Positions 39,801 through 50,820 of a DNA stretch of 64,000 nt are shown here, piece by piece. How positions within the stretch are numbered: position 1 is the stretch's first letter; each line of letters opens with the position of its first letter. The notes below the pieces were generated by a model. That model was not told where the DNA came from and did not search any database. It worked only from the letters and a program-made list of their open reading frames with translations. Source of the stretch: Fimicolochytrium jonesii (taxonomy: Eukaryota); the NCBI RefSeq assembly GCF_025526975.1, contig NW_026515683.1, positions 496,001 through 560,000 on the forward strand. The letters run 5' to 3'. Made by a program: the position numbers and the translations under genes.

Positions 39801-40737
39801 TTTTGCAGAGCTTGTTGGAGTTGGGCACGTCCGGACGTGATTACCGTACTGTTTGCAGAGCGCCGTCGCTCGGAAGTTTGGAGGTATGGACTTTGAGTAT
39901 GAGGCACTGCGGGTGAAGATTTTGCACCTTTCTATTCAGTCCGGATGCGTTGCTCACCACCTATTTTTCTTCCCTATCATTGAGCGTTTACGGGTTGTGG
40001 GGGGGCAACCAAAAAACTCGACAGCGCGTAAACCGTCAATTGACCAACCCTGTCAATTCAGGCCGCATTCTATCGGATTTCCATCCCGTTTCGAATTGGT
40101 TTCCCAACCTTGAGCCTGCCCTCAAGCTGCAGAATCCATTGGGAAGGAGTGTATTGAAATCAATCAGCATTTCGAATGTTGAGGGAGGCAGGGCGGCGCA
40201 AAACGGACGAGTTTCATGAAATTGACTACGTTCGACAACATTTAGGATTCGTTGCGGAATGCGAAGAGATTCACTATGAACGAATATATATAGATATGTA
40301 GATACTACGAGTTGGGCATTTTTTGCTTTATTGATGACAGAAATGTGTGCAGAGAGGCCCTTGTCAGGCCGTGCAAAATAATTCCCAAAATGAAATGGAT
40401 ACACGGTTTCCCTTATTTGCGATGTCGATCCCAAGCAAATGCTGAGAGTGCCTTAGTAAGTCGTGATATGATTCCCGAAAGCACCGCACGAGATTTTGCC
40501 GAAGTTTGCCATTCTAAACTCATTTGCAGCCCATTTCGCTTTCTTAGGCTTAGGGAACGAATCTGATGGGAAGGTTAGAAACAGAATGAGCATATTGGCA
40601 CATGCTGATGGCGGTCTTCTTACGTTATATCTTTGTAGACGTGCCCGCACTCCTCACAGTTCCGCTTTCGCCCCTCGCAATATTTCATAGAATAAACATC
40701 CTCCCTTCTCGTAAACCGCTCGCTAACGGTTACCTCA

Positions 40738-41076
40738 TCATTTCCCGTGCCCAGCTGTTCTCTGCGCCTCCGCTTCCGCCTCAAAGCTCGCCTTCGCAGC
40801 CTCAAACCCCGGCGCACCCGGCATGTTCCAAAGACAATTAACCTTCTTCTCCAACTCCTCGACTTTGCGCTCCGTCGGACCGACTTCCTTTTCGTGGTGG
40901 CGGGCGTTAAGTGCCTTTGCAAGCGTTTCGAGCTCGTTGTTGCTTTGGCTACCGAAGTTGATGGAGAGCTCGTTGTTGATGACTACCTTGTGGTCCCAAT
41001 CGCCTGGCACTCGCCTGGCGGTTTTGACTTGGTCGAGGTTGATGAGCTGATCGCCGAGGACGAAATACGGGCCCAT
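40738..41076 (-). CDS. PGAPG-motif small protein, copy 3
   Basis: MGPYFVLGDQLINLDQVK..VINNEL..ALNAR..KVEELEKKVNCLWNMPGAPGFEAAKASF. Confidence 0.75.
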   Translation of the reverse strand: MGPYFVLGDQLINLDQVKTARRVPGDWDHKVVINNELSINFGSQSNNELETLAKALNARHHEKEVGPTERKVEELEKKVNCLWNMPGAPGFEAAKASFEAEAEAQRTAGHGK

Positions 41077-41666
41077 CTTGAGGTAGGGCACTGCGACCGG
41101 AACTTTGATGCAACGTTGAAGAGAATTCTCGGAGTTTTTGGAACTGAGTTGGGACTTGAGAGTGTGGGGGCGGTTTCAAGGTCAACGCGTCGAGCACGAA
41201 AAAGACCAAGACTGAATTGATGGCTTCTTCGTTACAACGTGCGATTCCTTACAAAAGCCTTGGCAATTCTACCATCGAAGGAGGAGAGAAAGAGGAAAGA
41301 GGAGAATGAGAGGTCCGATGCCACAATCAATTCAAACATGTGCGTCGGATGGAGGTGGGAAGGTCCCCAAGACCGAATGTCACATTGAACCGGGAGTGAT
41401 ACATCTATCACGGGAAGTGTCTATGGCGCAGAAAGCGTCTTGGGGATTACTACCTGTATCACGGAGAGACGGGAAAAGAAGGGAGAAACCTGTGCACTCG
41501 TTCCTTGACGCAAGATGAGGGACAGTAGAGCAATGTGAGCCTAACGCTTTCATTATCATTGCGCAGATCTCTGAATTAAACGAGTCCATCTCTATGTAGT
41601 ATGTATGCTATGTAAATATGGTATCACTATCTTGAACATAGTGTGCTTCACCTCAGCTACTTTTCT

Positions 41667-43577
41667 CTAAGCAGCGACCTTAACGGGGCCGGCGATGCCA
41701 CCCTTAGACGACTTGACCCACACGTTCAGAATGCCCGGAGCAGCGGCCTTATTCCTCAACACAAACGCACCGGCCGCATCCGCACCCGCCGTAGCAAGCA
41801 CCTCGGGACACGGGGCATTCCCACACGCATTGTGCAGCGTAAACGTCGCGGACACATCCGACCCGGTCCCGTCCACACGCAGATCCCTCTGCTGCTGGCG
41901 CGCCTTGGCGATCGTGATGGTGTCGACGGCCTTCAGGGGCGTGACGGTGACAAACTCGGACGCGACGGAGAAGATGCCGGCCTTGTTCATGGATTTGAGC
42001 GCGAGGGTGGTGGACACGCCCGGGGCGAGACCTTCGACGACCATCCTTCGGTCGAGGGTTTCGCCGCCCGTCGCAAGGTGGAGGGTGCCGACTTCGGTGT
42101 TCGTGGCGTCGTATTGCTGCGCTGCGTAGCCCGTGATGGAGGCGTCGGCGGGCGCGGTCCAGGTCAGGATGGCACCACCTGGCGCGGCGGTGGCCTTGAC
42201 GGCGGTAGGGGGCTGGGGAAGGACGGCGGCTGGGGGTTGGTAGGTAACGGTCTGGACCTTGAACTGGCCGTTGGCGTGGATCGCGGCGATGTGGAGGGTG
42301 GTCTTTGTTCCGATGAGGATGGGCTGGCCGTCGTAGACGATGGCGGCGTCGGAGGGGATTCCGCCGGTCATGACCGTGTCGAGGTTGGTGGCGTAGTAGA
42401 TCTGCACGTTGGAGGCGATCGTGACGGAGGTGGCGGTGATGACGGCGGTCTCGTCGGCGCCGGCGGGCGGGGTCAGTGTGAGGGTGATGTCGACGACGGG
42501 CTGCGGGTTGGCGGCAGGGATGAAAGGGTTGGACAATGCGGTTCCGACCAGACTGCGGACTTGGACGGTGGAGGTGTCGAGGCTGATGGAGGCGTCGCTG
42601 ACGGTGACGGTGTTGATGTTGGCGGCGGTGCGGAATCCGGTGGTCTTGCGGAGACCGGCGGTGACCGCTTTGGGCATGACAATAACGTCGTAGCCGGAGA
42701 TCGCGGCGCCGCCAGGCACGACGGCCGGGGTGCTCCAGGAAACCTTAACGTTTCCGGCACCAAAAACAGTGGCAACGGTTCCGACGCCGGGGGCGGTCGT
42801 GTCAGGTCCAGCGGGGCATCCACCCACACCAGGCCCCTTCACTTCACCGAGTTCCCAAATCGTCATTCCTTGTCCGGCGCCAGCCATCCAGGCGTTAGCC
42901 CTCGCGCCTCCACCCGTAGCGGCGGTCTGGGCAACAGCAACAGCATTAGCGGCGTTAGGGTCAAATTCGAAGGTCGCCTTCCAGCGCCTGACACCACCGA
43001 CGGTCGATTCAACAACACCGGACCGGTACCCGTTGGTGAAGGCCTTGGTGTTGAAGTCTCCCAGAACGGCGCGAATGTCGCGTTTGGCGATGACGGTTGT
43101 CGTCATCGCCGGGTTCACGATCCGGCACTCGAAGTTCGCCATCGGGATGCTCGCAGCGATCTGTCCGGTGACGGTGAAAGACAATGCTCCGGCCGTGTAA
43201 TCCACACTCTCAACGTTCGTGTCCAGGATGGTGGAATCGGCTATCACACTTCCAGCAATGGAAACCTGGATGCGATCCCCGGCCTGCAGGGAAGGCGTGA
43301 CCTTCAAGTTGGTGCCAGCGCCCCAGCACACACCGCCAGGGTGGTTGACGTCGAACGCGACATCGTCTCCAGAGACGGTTCCGATGGTGGATCCGACAAC
43401 GGTGGTCCCGCGAAGGACCTCGACCTTCATCTGCTGGCCGGTGCGCTCGGCGAAGCCTTCGATGGTGACCATGTCGCGCATGGGGAAGGCGACGATGTTG
43501 GAAGGCGCCACGGGGAGGGCGGCTTGAGCGGTGAACGCCGAGAGCGCCGCGAGGGCGAGGGTGGCGAGGAACTTCAT
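41667..43577 (-). CDS. Secreted fibronectin type III / Ig-like beta-sandwich protein, intronless
   Basis: Signal peptide MKFLATLALAALSAFTAQA. FN3 signatures VKVSWSTP..GAAISGYDV and PTAVKATA..AILTWTAPADASITGY. The N-terminal domain has FDVNHPGGVCW. Strong GC3 codon bias. Confidence 0.85.
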   Translation of the reverse strand: MKFLATLALAALSAFTAQAALPVAPSNIVAFPMRDMVTIEGFAERTGQQMKVEVLRGTTVVGSTIGTVSGDDVAFDVNHPGGVCWGAGTNLKVTPSLQAGDRIQVSIAGSVIADSTILDTNVESVDYTAGALSFTVTGQIAASIPMANFECRIVNPAMTTTVIAKRDIRAVLGDFNTKAFTNGYRSGVVESTVGGVRRWKATFEFDPNAANAVAVAQTAATGGGARANAWMAGAGQGMTIWELGEVKGPGVGGCPAGPDTTAPGVGTVATVFGAGNVKVSWSTPAVVPGGAAISGYDVIVMPKAVTAGLRKTTGFRTAANINTVTVSDASISLDTSTVQVRSLVGTALSNPFIPAANPQPVVDITLTLTPPAGADETAVITATSVTIASNVQIYYATNLDTVMTGGIPSDAAIVYDGQPILIGTKTTLHIAAIHANGQFKVQTVTYQPPAAVLPQPPTAVKATAAPGGAILTWTAPADASITGYAAQQYDATNTEVGTLHLATGGETLDRRMVVEGLAPGVSTTLALKSMNKAGIFSVASEFVTVTPLKAVDTITIAKARQQQRDLRVDGTGSDVSATFTLHNACGNAPCPEVLATAGADAAGAFVLRNKAAAPGILNVWVKSSKGGIAGPVKVAA

Positions 43578-46195
43578 CGTTTGGTGGATGGGGGGAGGGA
43601 CGGAGTGCGGTGAATGTGGTGAGGGGACTGCCAGCTGCCCATTCCTTTTGTACTAACGGGTATGTGGGGAATGGTTCCAGCGGGAGGCATGACGCTCGTA
43701 TCTACCGCTGGAATATGCTACACAACGAGGCTTCCACAATCGGACAACCTATGCAAATCTGCCCCCCGGCTCCTTGTCAGCTGTCCTCACTACCGGTTAT
43801 CTTTTCGCCTATGGCCTAGACCCTCGCTCACCCACGCCCCCATGCTCGTCTCCCACCTTTTTTTTGCCTCCATGAGAATTTTGGAGGCCCCAACACAAAA
43901 TGTAGTATCCCCACTGGTGTCGTCAGCTGGGCCGTCGAGCTACATCCCGTCCTGTGACTCTACAGGCTCCCAATCTGAACAAGAATCATGGACGATTATT
44001 TTCCTGTACGATGCAGCATGATGATGGTGCATGGCAGCAACAGGTGGTTGTTCACTCCGCGCGGTTCTCTGTCTCTGTGTTTATCACAGATGTTGTCTGA
44101 GTTTGAACGGGGTAGGGAAACTGATGGCAAGCAGATTTTGTCCGTCAGTCTCAAATTTGACGGTCTATTCCTGACATGGCCGGAATATCCAATGTACCGC
44201 TGGGACATTTTTACGTATCACGCTCACAAGCTGTTAAACTGTTAAACTTGATTAAAGCTCCCGAATCGCGACAACATGTTGTACGGATTTCAACACGGAA
44301 GTTCACGGAAGGTAGTAGCTCCGACGATCAATTGTTCACAATGGTGGCACGGCGCCATGCCTTGATCGGTACCGTAAGCGCAAATTGAAGAGCCTATTGT
44401 GCCACAAAGTTTTTCGTGAAAAAAAGCCCGTCACCCAAAGGATCGTGGCCGGTGCATTTTTTGTTTTTACCGATGATCGGGCGATCTGGGGCCCCGTTCC
44501 CGCCGAATGGCTTCCAAAATTGCGCATGAGAACGCGCCCCAACCGTGGCACCAAAACGTGCGGAAGAAAGAACAAAGACTGTGATCACTTTGGAAACTTG
44601 AAGTTGGATTCCCCGTTTGACATCGATGATGCTGATGAGCGCGACTATGTGCGGGAAAATGGAAACATGGAGGGTATACTGTATACATTGTCCCACCGCG
44701 CGGATGCTATGAGGCCGTGGTTGGGGAGGGAAGCTGAAAGAAAGGACACAAATGAAGCGATGTGCGGAGTTGCAGCCTTTCAGCAGCACTGGGACTTACT
44801 TGCCAGATTCACGTCCGACGGCGATGCCATGTAGTGGTCACGTGGGGGGGGCTTTCATGCTTCGAGGCGTGCGTAATACAAGGCTTGAATTGAATCGAAT
44901 GCACCATGAATCAATTGATCGGGGGCTTTTCCTCATCAGGCGTCCTGTCCGGAGCGCTCTCGGCTCCTGTTGAGTTGAGTTGAGATACAACTTGCAAATT
45001 GCCATAATAAGATCTTATTGTCTTATCCTCGGGAGACGGCGCTCGACTCCTCGGAGACTCCTCGGCCGCCCGCTCCCCGGTTGGCGTGTTGCAAGAAACC
45101 ATTTTTGCCTCTCTGGGCAACAACAGGTGCGCTATTAATGCGAGATCGGCGATGGGAGAACCGGAGTCCCCCGCCGGAGGATCCGAGAGCCAGGAGAGTC
45201 TGAAACGCGTCGATCATCCAATCTCACCCCTCTGTTACCAGACGCCGGGGGGAAGGCACAGACTGACAGTTTTTGGCTTTTTGACGCTTTCTTTTCGGGG
45301 CGGGCGCAAGGACTCCTCCTCCCCCACGGGGCTTGCAACGAACGACGGACGGATGCAACAACTTCAACAACTTTTTGCTCGGTCGGTCGTGAGCTACAAC
45401 GTTGGTCGTGAGCGAGGATTTCGCTTATGATATATGTATCCATGATTCCGCAATACATACCACACCATGCAGTCGAGGGCACCCACACATCACATCCATC
45501 CATGGTGCCCCCGTCACACCCCCACATCACTTCGCAGAATGCTACTACGTACAACCACCATGTCTGCACGTAGGCCTGGGCCACCGTACCGTTGAAACCG
45601 ATGACGGACCGCAAAGACTCCTTCTCACGCAGTTTTTCTCTGCCTTGACGAAAGAAAAACCCCCGACGCCTTTCGAAACAAATCTTTCGAAAGCATCCCA
45701 GCGCCCCATCATTGCCAGATACCTAGAGTATTACCTGCGTATGTATACAGATTTGCACTGACCCCCACACCTCACGATCCCACAAATTTTCCCATTTTCA
45801 CATCTTTGTCGTTTTCACGATTGGGCAGAAATACCTCTCGGTGAAAAACTGAGAATATCCACAACGGTGCATGGACAATGAGGCATCAAGTTTTCCCTCG
45901 CAGATCTGTCGTGCAGCGCGGGGCTTCCGAGTGGGCGGAAGATATCGTCCGGTGAAGGACTCTGACTCGGGCGTTCCAGAGCGCTGCGGGGCCTGACCAT
46001 GGTGTCGATGACCTCGGCCCACGTAGCGCACTGCTAGGAGGACGTCCTTCCCACCTGCCTTCGGAAAATCTAACTGGGGACGAAAAGCCTGTCTCCCACT
46101 CTTTACCGAGCGACCTACAAAAGGGGGGAGCAGGGCGGGCTCGTCCCATTCCTCTCACCACCCATCTCCCCTTCCCCCCAACCCCACCCACAGCG

Positions 46196-47827
46196 ATGTT
46201 CATCAAAGCCTCCGCTCTCGTCCTCCTCCTCACATCCACGCTCACGCAGGCCGCGGTGCGCAAGTACAACCTCGACATCGTCAACGGCAACGTCAACCTC
46301 GACGGCACAACCCGCGGCGCGGTGCTCGTCAACGGCCAATTCCCCGGAACGGTCATCACGGGAGAAATCAACGATGATTTCGAGCTGACCGTTAACAACA
46401 AGTTGACGGATGAGACGATGGATCTACCTACCGCCATTCACTGGCATGGGTTCTTCCAGGCTAGGACGGCGCATGAGGATGGGCCCAGTCATGTTAACCA
46501 GGCGCCGATTTTGCCTGGGGACAGCTACACGTACAGGTTCAAGGCACGCGACCAGGCGGGTACGTTCTGGTACCACTCCCACTTCCACGCCCAGTACGTT
46601 GATGGGTGCCGGTCTGGTATCATCATCCGTGACCCCAATGATGAGCACAAGGGGCTTTACGACTATGACTTGGATGAGGTATGTTCTGGCTTGAATGGTT
46701 GAGATCTTGCAATCAAGAGGCGGGACATTAACAGAGATTTGTTTTTCCGTCACCAGCATCTCCTCCAGTTCTCCGACTGGTACCCCCAGAAATCCAGGGT
46801 GTCGATGGCAGCCCTCACCGCCTCCGGCTCCGAGCCCACCCCCTCCGTAATCCTCATCAACGGCCTCGGCGGCAAGCAAGGCAGCTACGTTGTGAACGTC
46901 GAGAAGAACAAGCGATACCGCCTGCGTCTCCTGAACAGCGGCGCCATGGTGCCCTATGAGATTGCATTCGACGGCCACGAATTCGACGTCATCGAGGTCG
47001 ACTCCGTCAACCACGTCCCCGTCCGCGCTTCCAAGCTCACCATCTACCCCGGTCAACGTTACTCCGTCGTGCTGAAGGCGGACAAGCCTGTCGGTAACTA
47101 CGCCATCACCATCAAGCAGCTTGACGGCCCCGATGCACCCGTCACGACCACCGGTATCCTCCGCTACGCCGGCGCTCCTGCCGTCGCCCCCCGCGGCCTC
47201 GTCTTCCCTCAACGCCGCGCGTCCGCCCCAGCGCTCAAGGACGACATGCTGCACCCCACCCGCCCCGACCCGATCCTCTCCAACCCCAAAATCAAAGCCG
47301 ACATCACCATCCCCATCAAATTCAGCAAGACCACCATCGGCGGCAAGAGCGTGTGGCAGATCAACAACTCCCCCTTCGAAGCCCCGCACGACAACGTCCT
47401 CGACGCCGTCCTCCGCCACGGCGCAACGACCCAAGCGGATTTCGCCAAATCCTCCAACATCTTCGTCCTCGACAAACCCAACGCCGTCGTCGACCTCGTC
47501 TTCTCCGGCGCCGCCAACGGGTTCAACCACCCCTTCCACCTGCACGGCCACGCCTTCTCGGTCCTCACCGCCGGCGCCAACCCCGTCATGCGCGACGTGC
47601 AGGCCATCGGCGGGTCCAGCCAGACCCTCCGCTTCGTCGCGGACAACCCCGGCGTGTGGTTCATGCACTGCCACATCGACTGGCACTTGGAGCAGGGGCT
47701 GGCGGTCATCTTTGTGGAGCGCCCCAATGACATCCGCAGTGGACCGCAGAGCGTGGCCCCGTCGCAGGAGTGGTTGGACAAACATGCAAAGTGGGAGGCG
47801 TGGCGTGATGCCCATGGAGAGCACTAA
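46196..47827 (+). CDS. Secreted multicopper oxidase (laccase-like, AA1); intron about 46679-46756
   Basis: Signal peptide and all four Cu-binding motifs: HWHG, WYHSHF, HPFHLHGH and HCHIDWHLEQGL (Leu at the axial position). Confidence 0.95.
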
Positions 47828-48770
47828 ACTCTACCTAGTGTCCCACATCTTCATCCGCCGTTGTTTTTCCGCTACCCCCATGATCTTCACGGCGTAACCC
47901 ATTTACATAGAATCATGTTCCCCGGCATTCCCCCAGGGACTTGAGCCATAGAGATACCTTTTTTTCCATATACATAATTCGATATTCCGTTTCATAGAGC
48001 TCTAATTCAACCTAGGCTAGCCAGACTAGTGTACTTGTGCTTTGCAAACTGTTTTCCCTTAATCTTATTTGACCATTGTGGATCATCCGAAAGATTCTCT
48101 CCATTGCTGTTCTTTCTTTCTGCTGCTGACGAGCTGTACATGTACTCCAAAGACGGTCTCGACGGGCGTATTGTTCGGTCATGTCAAACATCCCGACTCG
48201 GATTCCGATAGGATAATGCCTACACTTCGCCAATTCTTGGCCGAGTCTCCATTAGTCGAGATTGGGCACAAGAGCGTCGGAAAGGGTTCGGTAGCGGTCA
48301 ACTCAATCCTATGTTCCGAAGTCCATTCGAACGCGAGGCTGGCACTTGTCTTCCGATGGCCTGAGTAACGATGTTTCCCGGCGAGCAGGTGTGTGGCGAT
48401 GATTTGTTCTCCATGTAGTTAATGCCTCACGTTGATTGACCTGAACGGAAATCTGCCACGTTGCACCTTTCCTCCTCATCACTGCGAATCCTCGATCTAT
48501 TCTGAAGGCCCCCAAAACACCACCAGAGTGGGCGGTTTGCTGGTAGCCGTCAACGTCCTTGGCCAGGGAACGGATCCCTTCTTCGGTGTGCAGCCACCTG
48601 ACGGGTACGGTCTCGGCAGCGACACGTTCGCCCGTAACAGCAGAAATCTCGTCACGGCACGATTGTTCTTTCGTGGTACACACATGCTTTTTGAGCACAA
48701 TGGGACCGTCATCAACATGAAGAGTGCCATCGTTCCGAAAGTGATGGTGGAAGCGGTTTCTTTCATCCAC

Positions 48771-49190
48771 TCAAAGGTGAGGCGAAAAAGTCCTTTTGCG
48801 CCATGCATGTTTCCAGGATGGTGGCGGTGTTGGCTCCCGCAACATACAAGTTACGGACGACATGCCGCACCACGCGAGAGCCCCCAACCAACTGGCGCGG
48901 TCCGGGCGGGTCTGAAGTTTCTGATACAGCGACTTGATATCCGCATTGTTCCTGGGACTGACGGTGCGGTAACCATTCTTGATGAGGGCGTCGGGCCATG
49001 CTCGGCATGCGAAAGCTAGGTTTTTCCCCAGGTCGGCGGGTCGGCGCTCTACGTGGGTGGCGATCTTGCAGATGACGTGTAGAGAGAGGGAGGGAGCCGT
49101 ACTGGGTTGTTCGCGGGAGACGAGGTGGTGTGGGAGGGTGAAACTGTCTGTATGAGCGGGGATACTGCGGGAAAGAGAGCACTTGAACAA
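48771..49190 (-). pseudogene. F-box-like gene fragment
   Basis: LSLHVICKIATHVERRPADLGKNLAFACRAW resembles an F-box. The downstream ..SLYQKLQTRPDRASWL recalls the 17.9-kb fragment. No clear intact gene. Confidence 0.35.
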
Positions 49191-49490
49191 GTTGGGTTTC
49201 AGACGTCAGGCAATCGAAGAACGTTCATGGACATTGACGGGACCGCGCTGTCGAATTCTCTGAGCATTTGCCGAATGCGACTTGGACCCCACCCACACGT
49301 TAGTCGCACATTACAAAAGGCCGCTCGCGACGAAACTCCGTCAGACTTTCCTCTGGACTCAATATATCGACATACCCAAGCGCAATCGTCCTCCTATGCT
49401 GCGTAGTAGCTTGTAACCTCCGTCGCTCCGGGTTAAGGTTCCCAACCTCCAAAATCAACGGTGCATCACAACCCGCCCGACCTGCAAACC

Positions 49491-49911
49491 ATGGGCTCTT
49501 CTGATTCTTTCCACGTCATCGACCACACCATCATCGACCGACAAAGGTGGCAGAGCCATCCAAGGCGACGACGACGAGTGTCAGGTTCTCAGCGAGCACC
49601 ACTTTCCTCAACGAGCTCACGGACGCGCTCAACGAGCGTCAAGCAGAACCAGAAGCGGACCGACACCGTGTGGCTGAAATGGAAATGCAAACCAAGAACA
49701 CTGAAGTGGAGAGGAAGATGGAATGGATGGAGAAGAAGATGGACTGTACGTGGGAGATGCCAGGGCGCGCCGGGGTATGTATGAGGAGGCCCGAGCGAGT
49801 ATTGCGGCGGGGGCTGAGACGCAGCAAGCTCCGTCTATTGGAGAGCGGGCTTGGCAGCGCCATGTTGTAGTGAGAGAACGAGCTTTTATGGCGGCGTTGA
49901 CAGATTCTTAG
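49491..49911 (+). pseudogene. PGAPG-motif family copy 4, frameshifted and inverted
   Basis: MGSSDSFHVIDHTII / LNELTDALNER..VERKMEWMEKKMDCTWEMPG / YEEARASI are spread over three frames. Confidence 0.7.
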
Positions 49912-50466
49912 CTTTAGTATCATGGAGGAAAATATATTGGGATGAAACGATGCTGTGGTTTCTTGCCCATCATATCAGTGAACTTTCCTGGTCAACCTTG
50001 TATATAGCGTGTTGCACCTTAGCCATCCGATGAGTTACAGCTAGGTGAAAATAGGTCTTGCGCGAACTGGCCCATCTGTTACCCTTTATGGGATCAAAAG
50101 AAGAGCGACTTGTAAGCGTCTTTTGTGGCAAATACGGTTCGGTTTGGTGTGTAATGCATTCATACAGATGCATTCATGTTCTATTTTCAAGTTTGTGAAC
50201 ATCGTCATTGAGGTGTAGGGCTAGTGTGCATGCAGGAAAAAAAGATACCCTTGCTACTCCGCTCTTTACGCCTCAAGTTACCGCCGATTGCCTGGGAATG
50301 TCCCATAGGTCGGGGACGCTCAAGCGTCAAGTGCGAGATGGCGCTTGCTTGGCCAGTCGTTGCGGTGTGCTGGCTACCGCGATGAGTGGGATGCGTCCGC
50401 CAGAGTCCGAGCGCACACGCCCACCCAGGTCGATCGTTCAGATCAGCTCAAGCGGCTGGCTATGGC

Positions 50467-50820
50467 TCACACCTCACTCCCCCACCCATAATCCCTCTTG
50501 ACCTCCGCCACCCTAACCTTATAAACGCTATAAAACTCCTTCCTCCCCACTTCCTGCGCCGCAAGGTGTTCCGCGACTCCCTTCCACTTCCGGACACTCT
50601 CCTCGTCCGTCCAGTACGACACAGTTATCCCCAACAGCGTCTCTGCGTTGCGGGTGGATTCCTGACCGAGGTAGCCTGGCTGTTGGGCGGCGAGGGTGGA
50701 CATGCGGGTTGCGAGGAGGGAGTAAGATGGGGAGGGGGCGTGCAGGATGTTGGTGAAGATGACGGCAAAGTAGGGGGGTTTGGGGGTTGAGGCGAGGTGA
50801 GATTGTTGCGTTGCGGCCAT
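50467..50820 (-). CDS. Antibiotic biosynthesis monooxygenase (ABM) family protein, intronless
   Basis: PPYFAVIFT..RMSTLAAQQPGYLGQESTR..GITVSYWTDEESVRKWK..EHLAAQEVGRKEFYSVYKVRVAEVKRDY matches the bacterial ABM (YqjZ-like) consensus. Confidence 0.88.
   Translation of the reverse strand: MAATQQSHLASTPKPPYFAVIFTNILHAPSPSYSLLATRMSTLAAQQPGYLGQESTRNAETLLGITVSYWTDEESVRKWKGVAEHLAAQEVGRKEFYSVYKVRVAEVKRDYGWGSEV

Noticed and set aside
41643..43613. 656-aa plus-strand ORF
   Set aside because: It is the antisense shadow of the GC3-biased FN3 gene. The same applies to 46424-47824 opposite the laccase and 25971-26714 opposite the PGM.
44300..45800. Short ORFs between the FN3 and laccase genes (also 51100-53600)
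   Set aside because: No recognisable domains or consistent exon chain.
50076..50092. CCCTTTATG as the left terminal inverted repeat of the Fanzor element
   Set aside because: Only 9 nt match and the similarity does not extend further.
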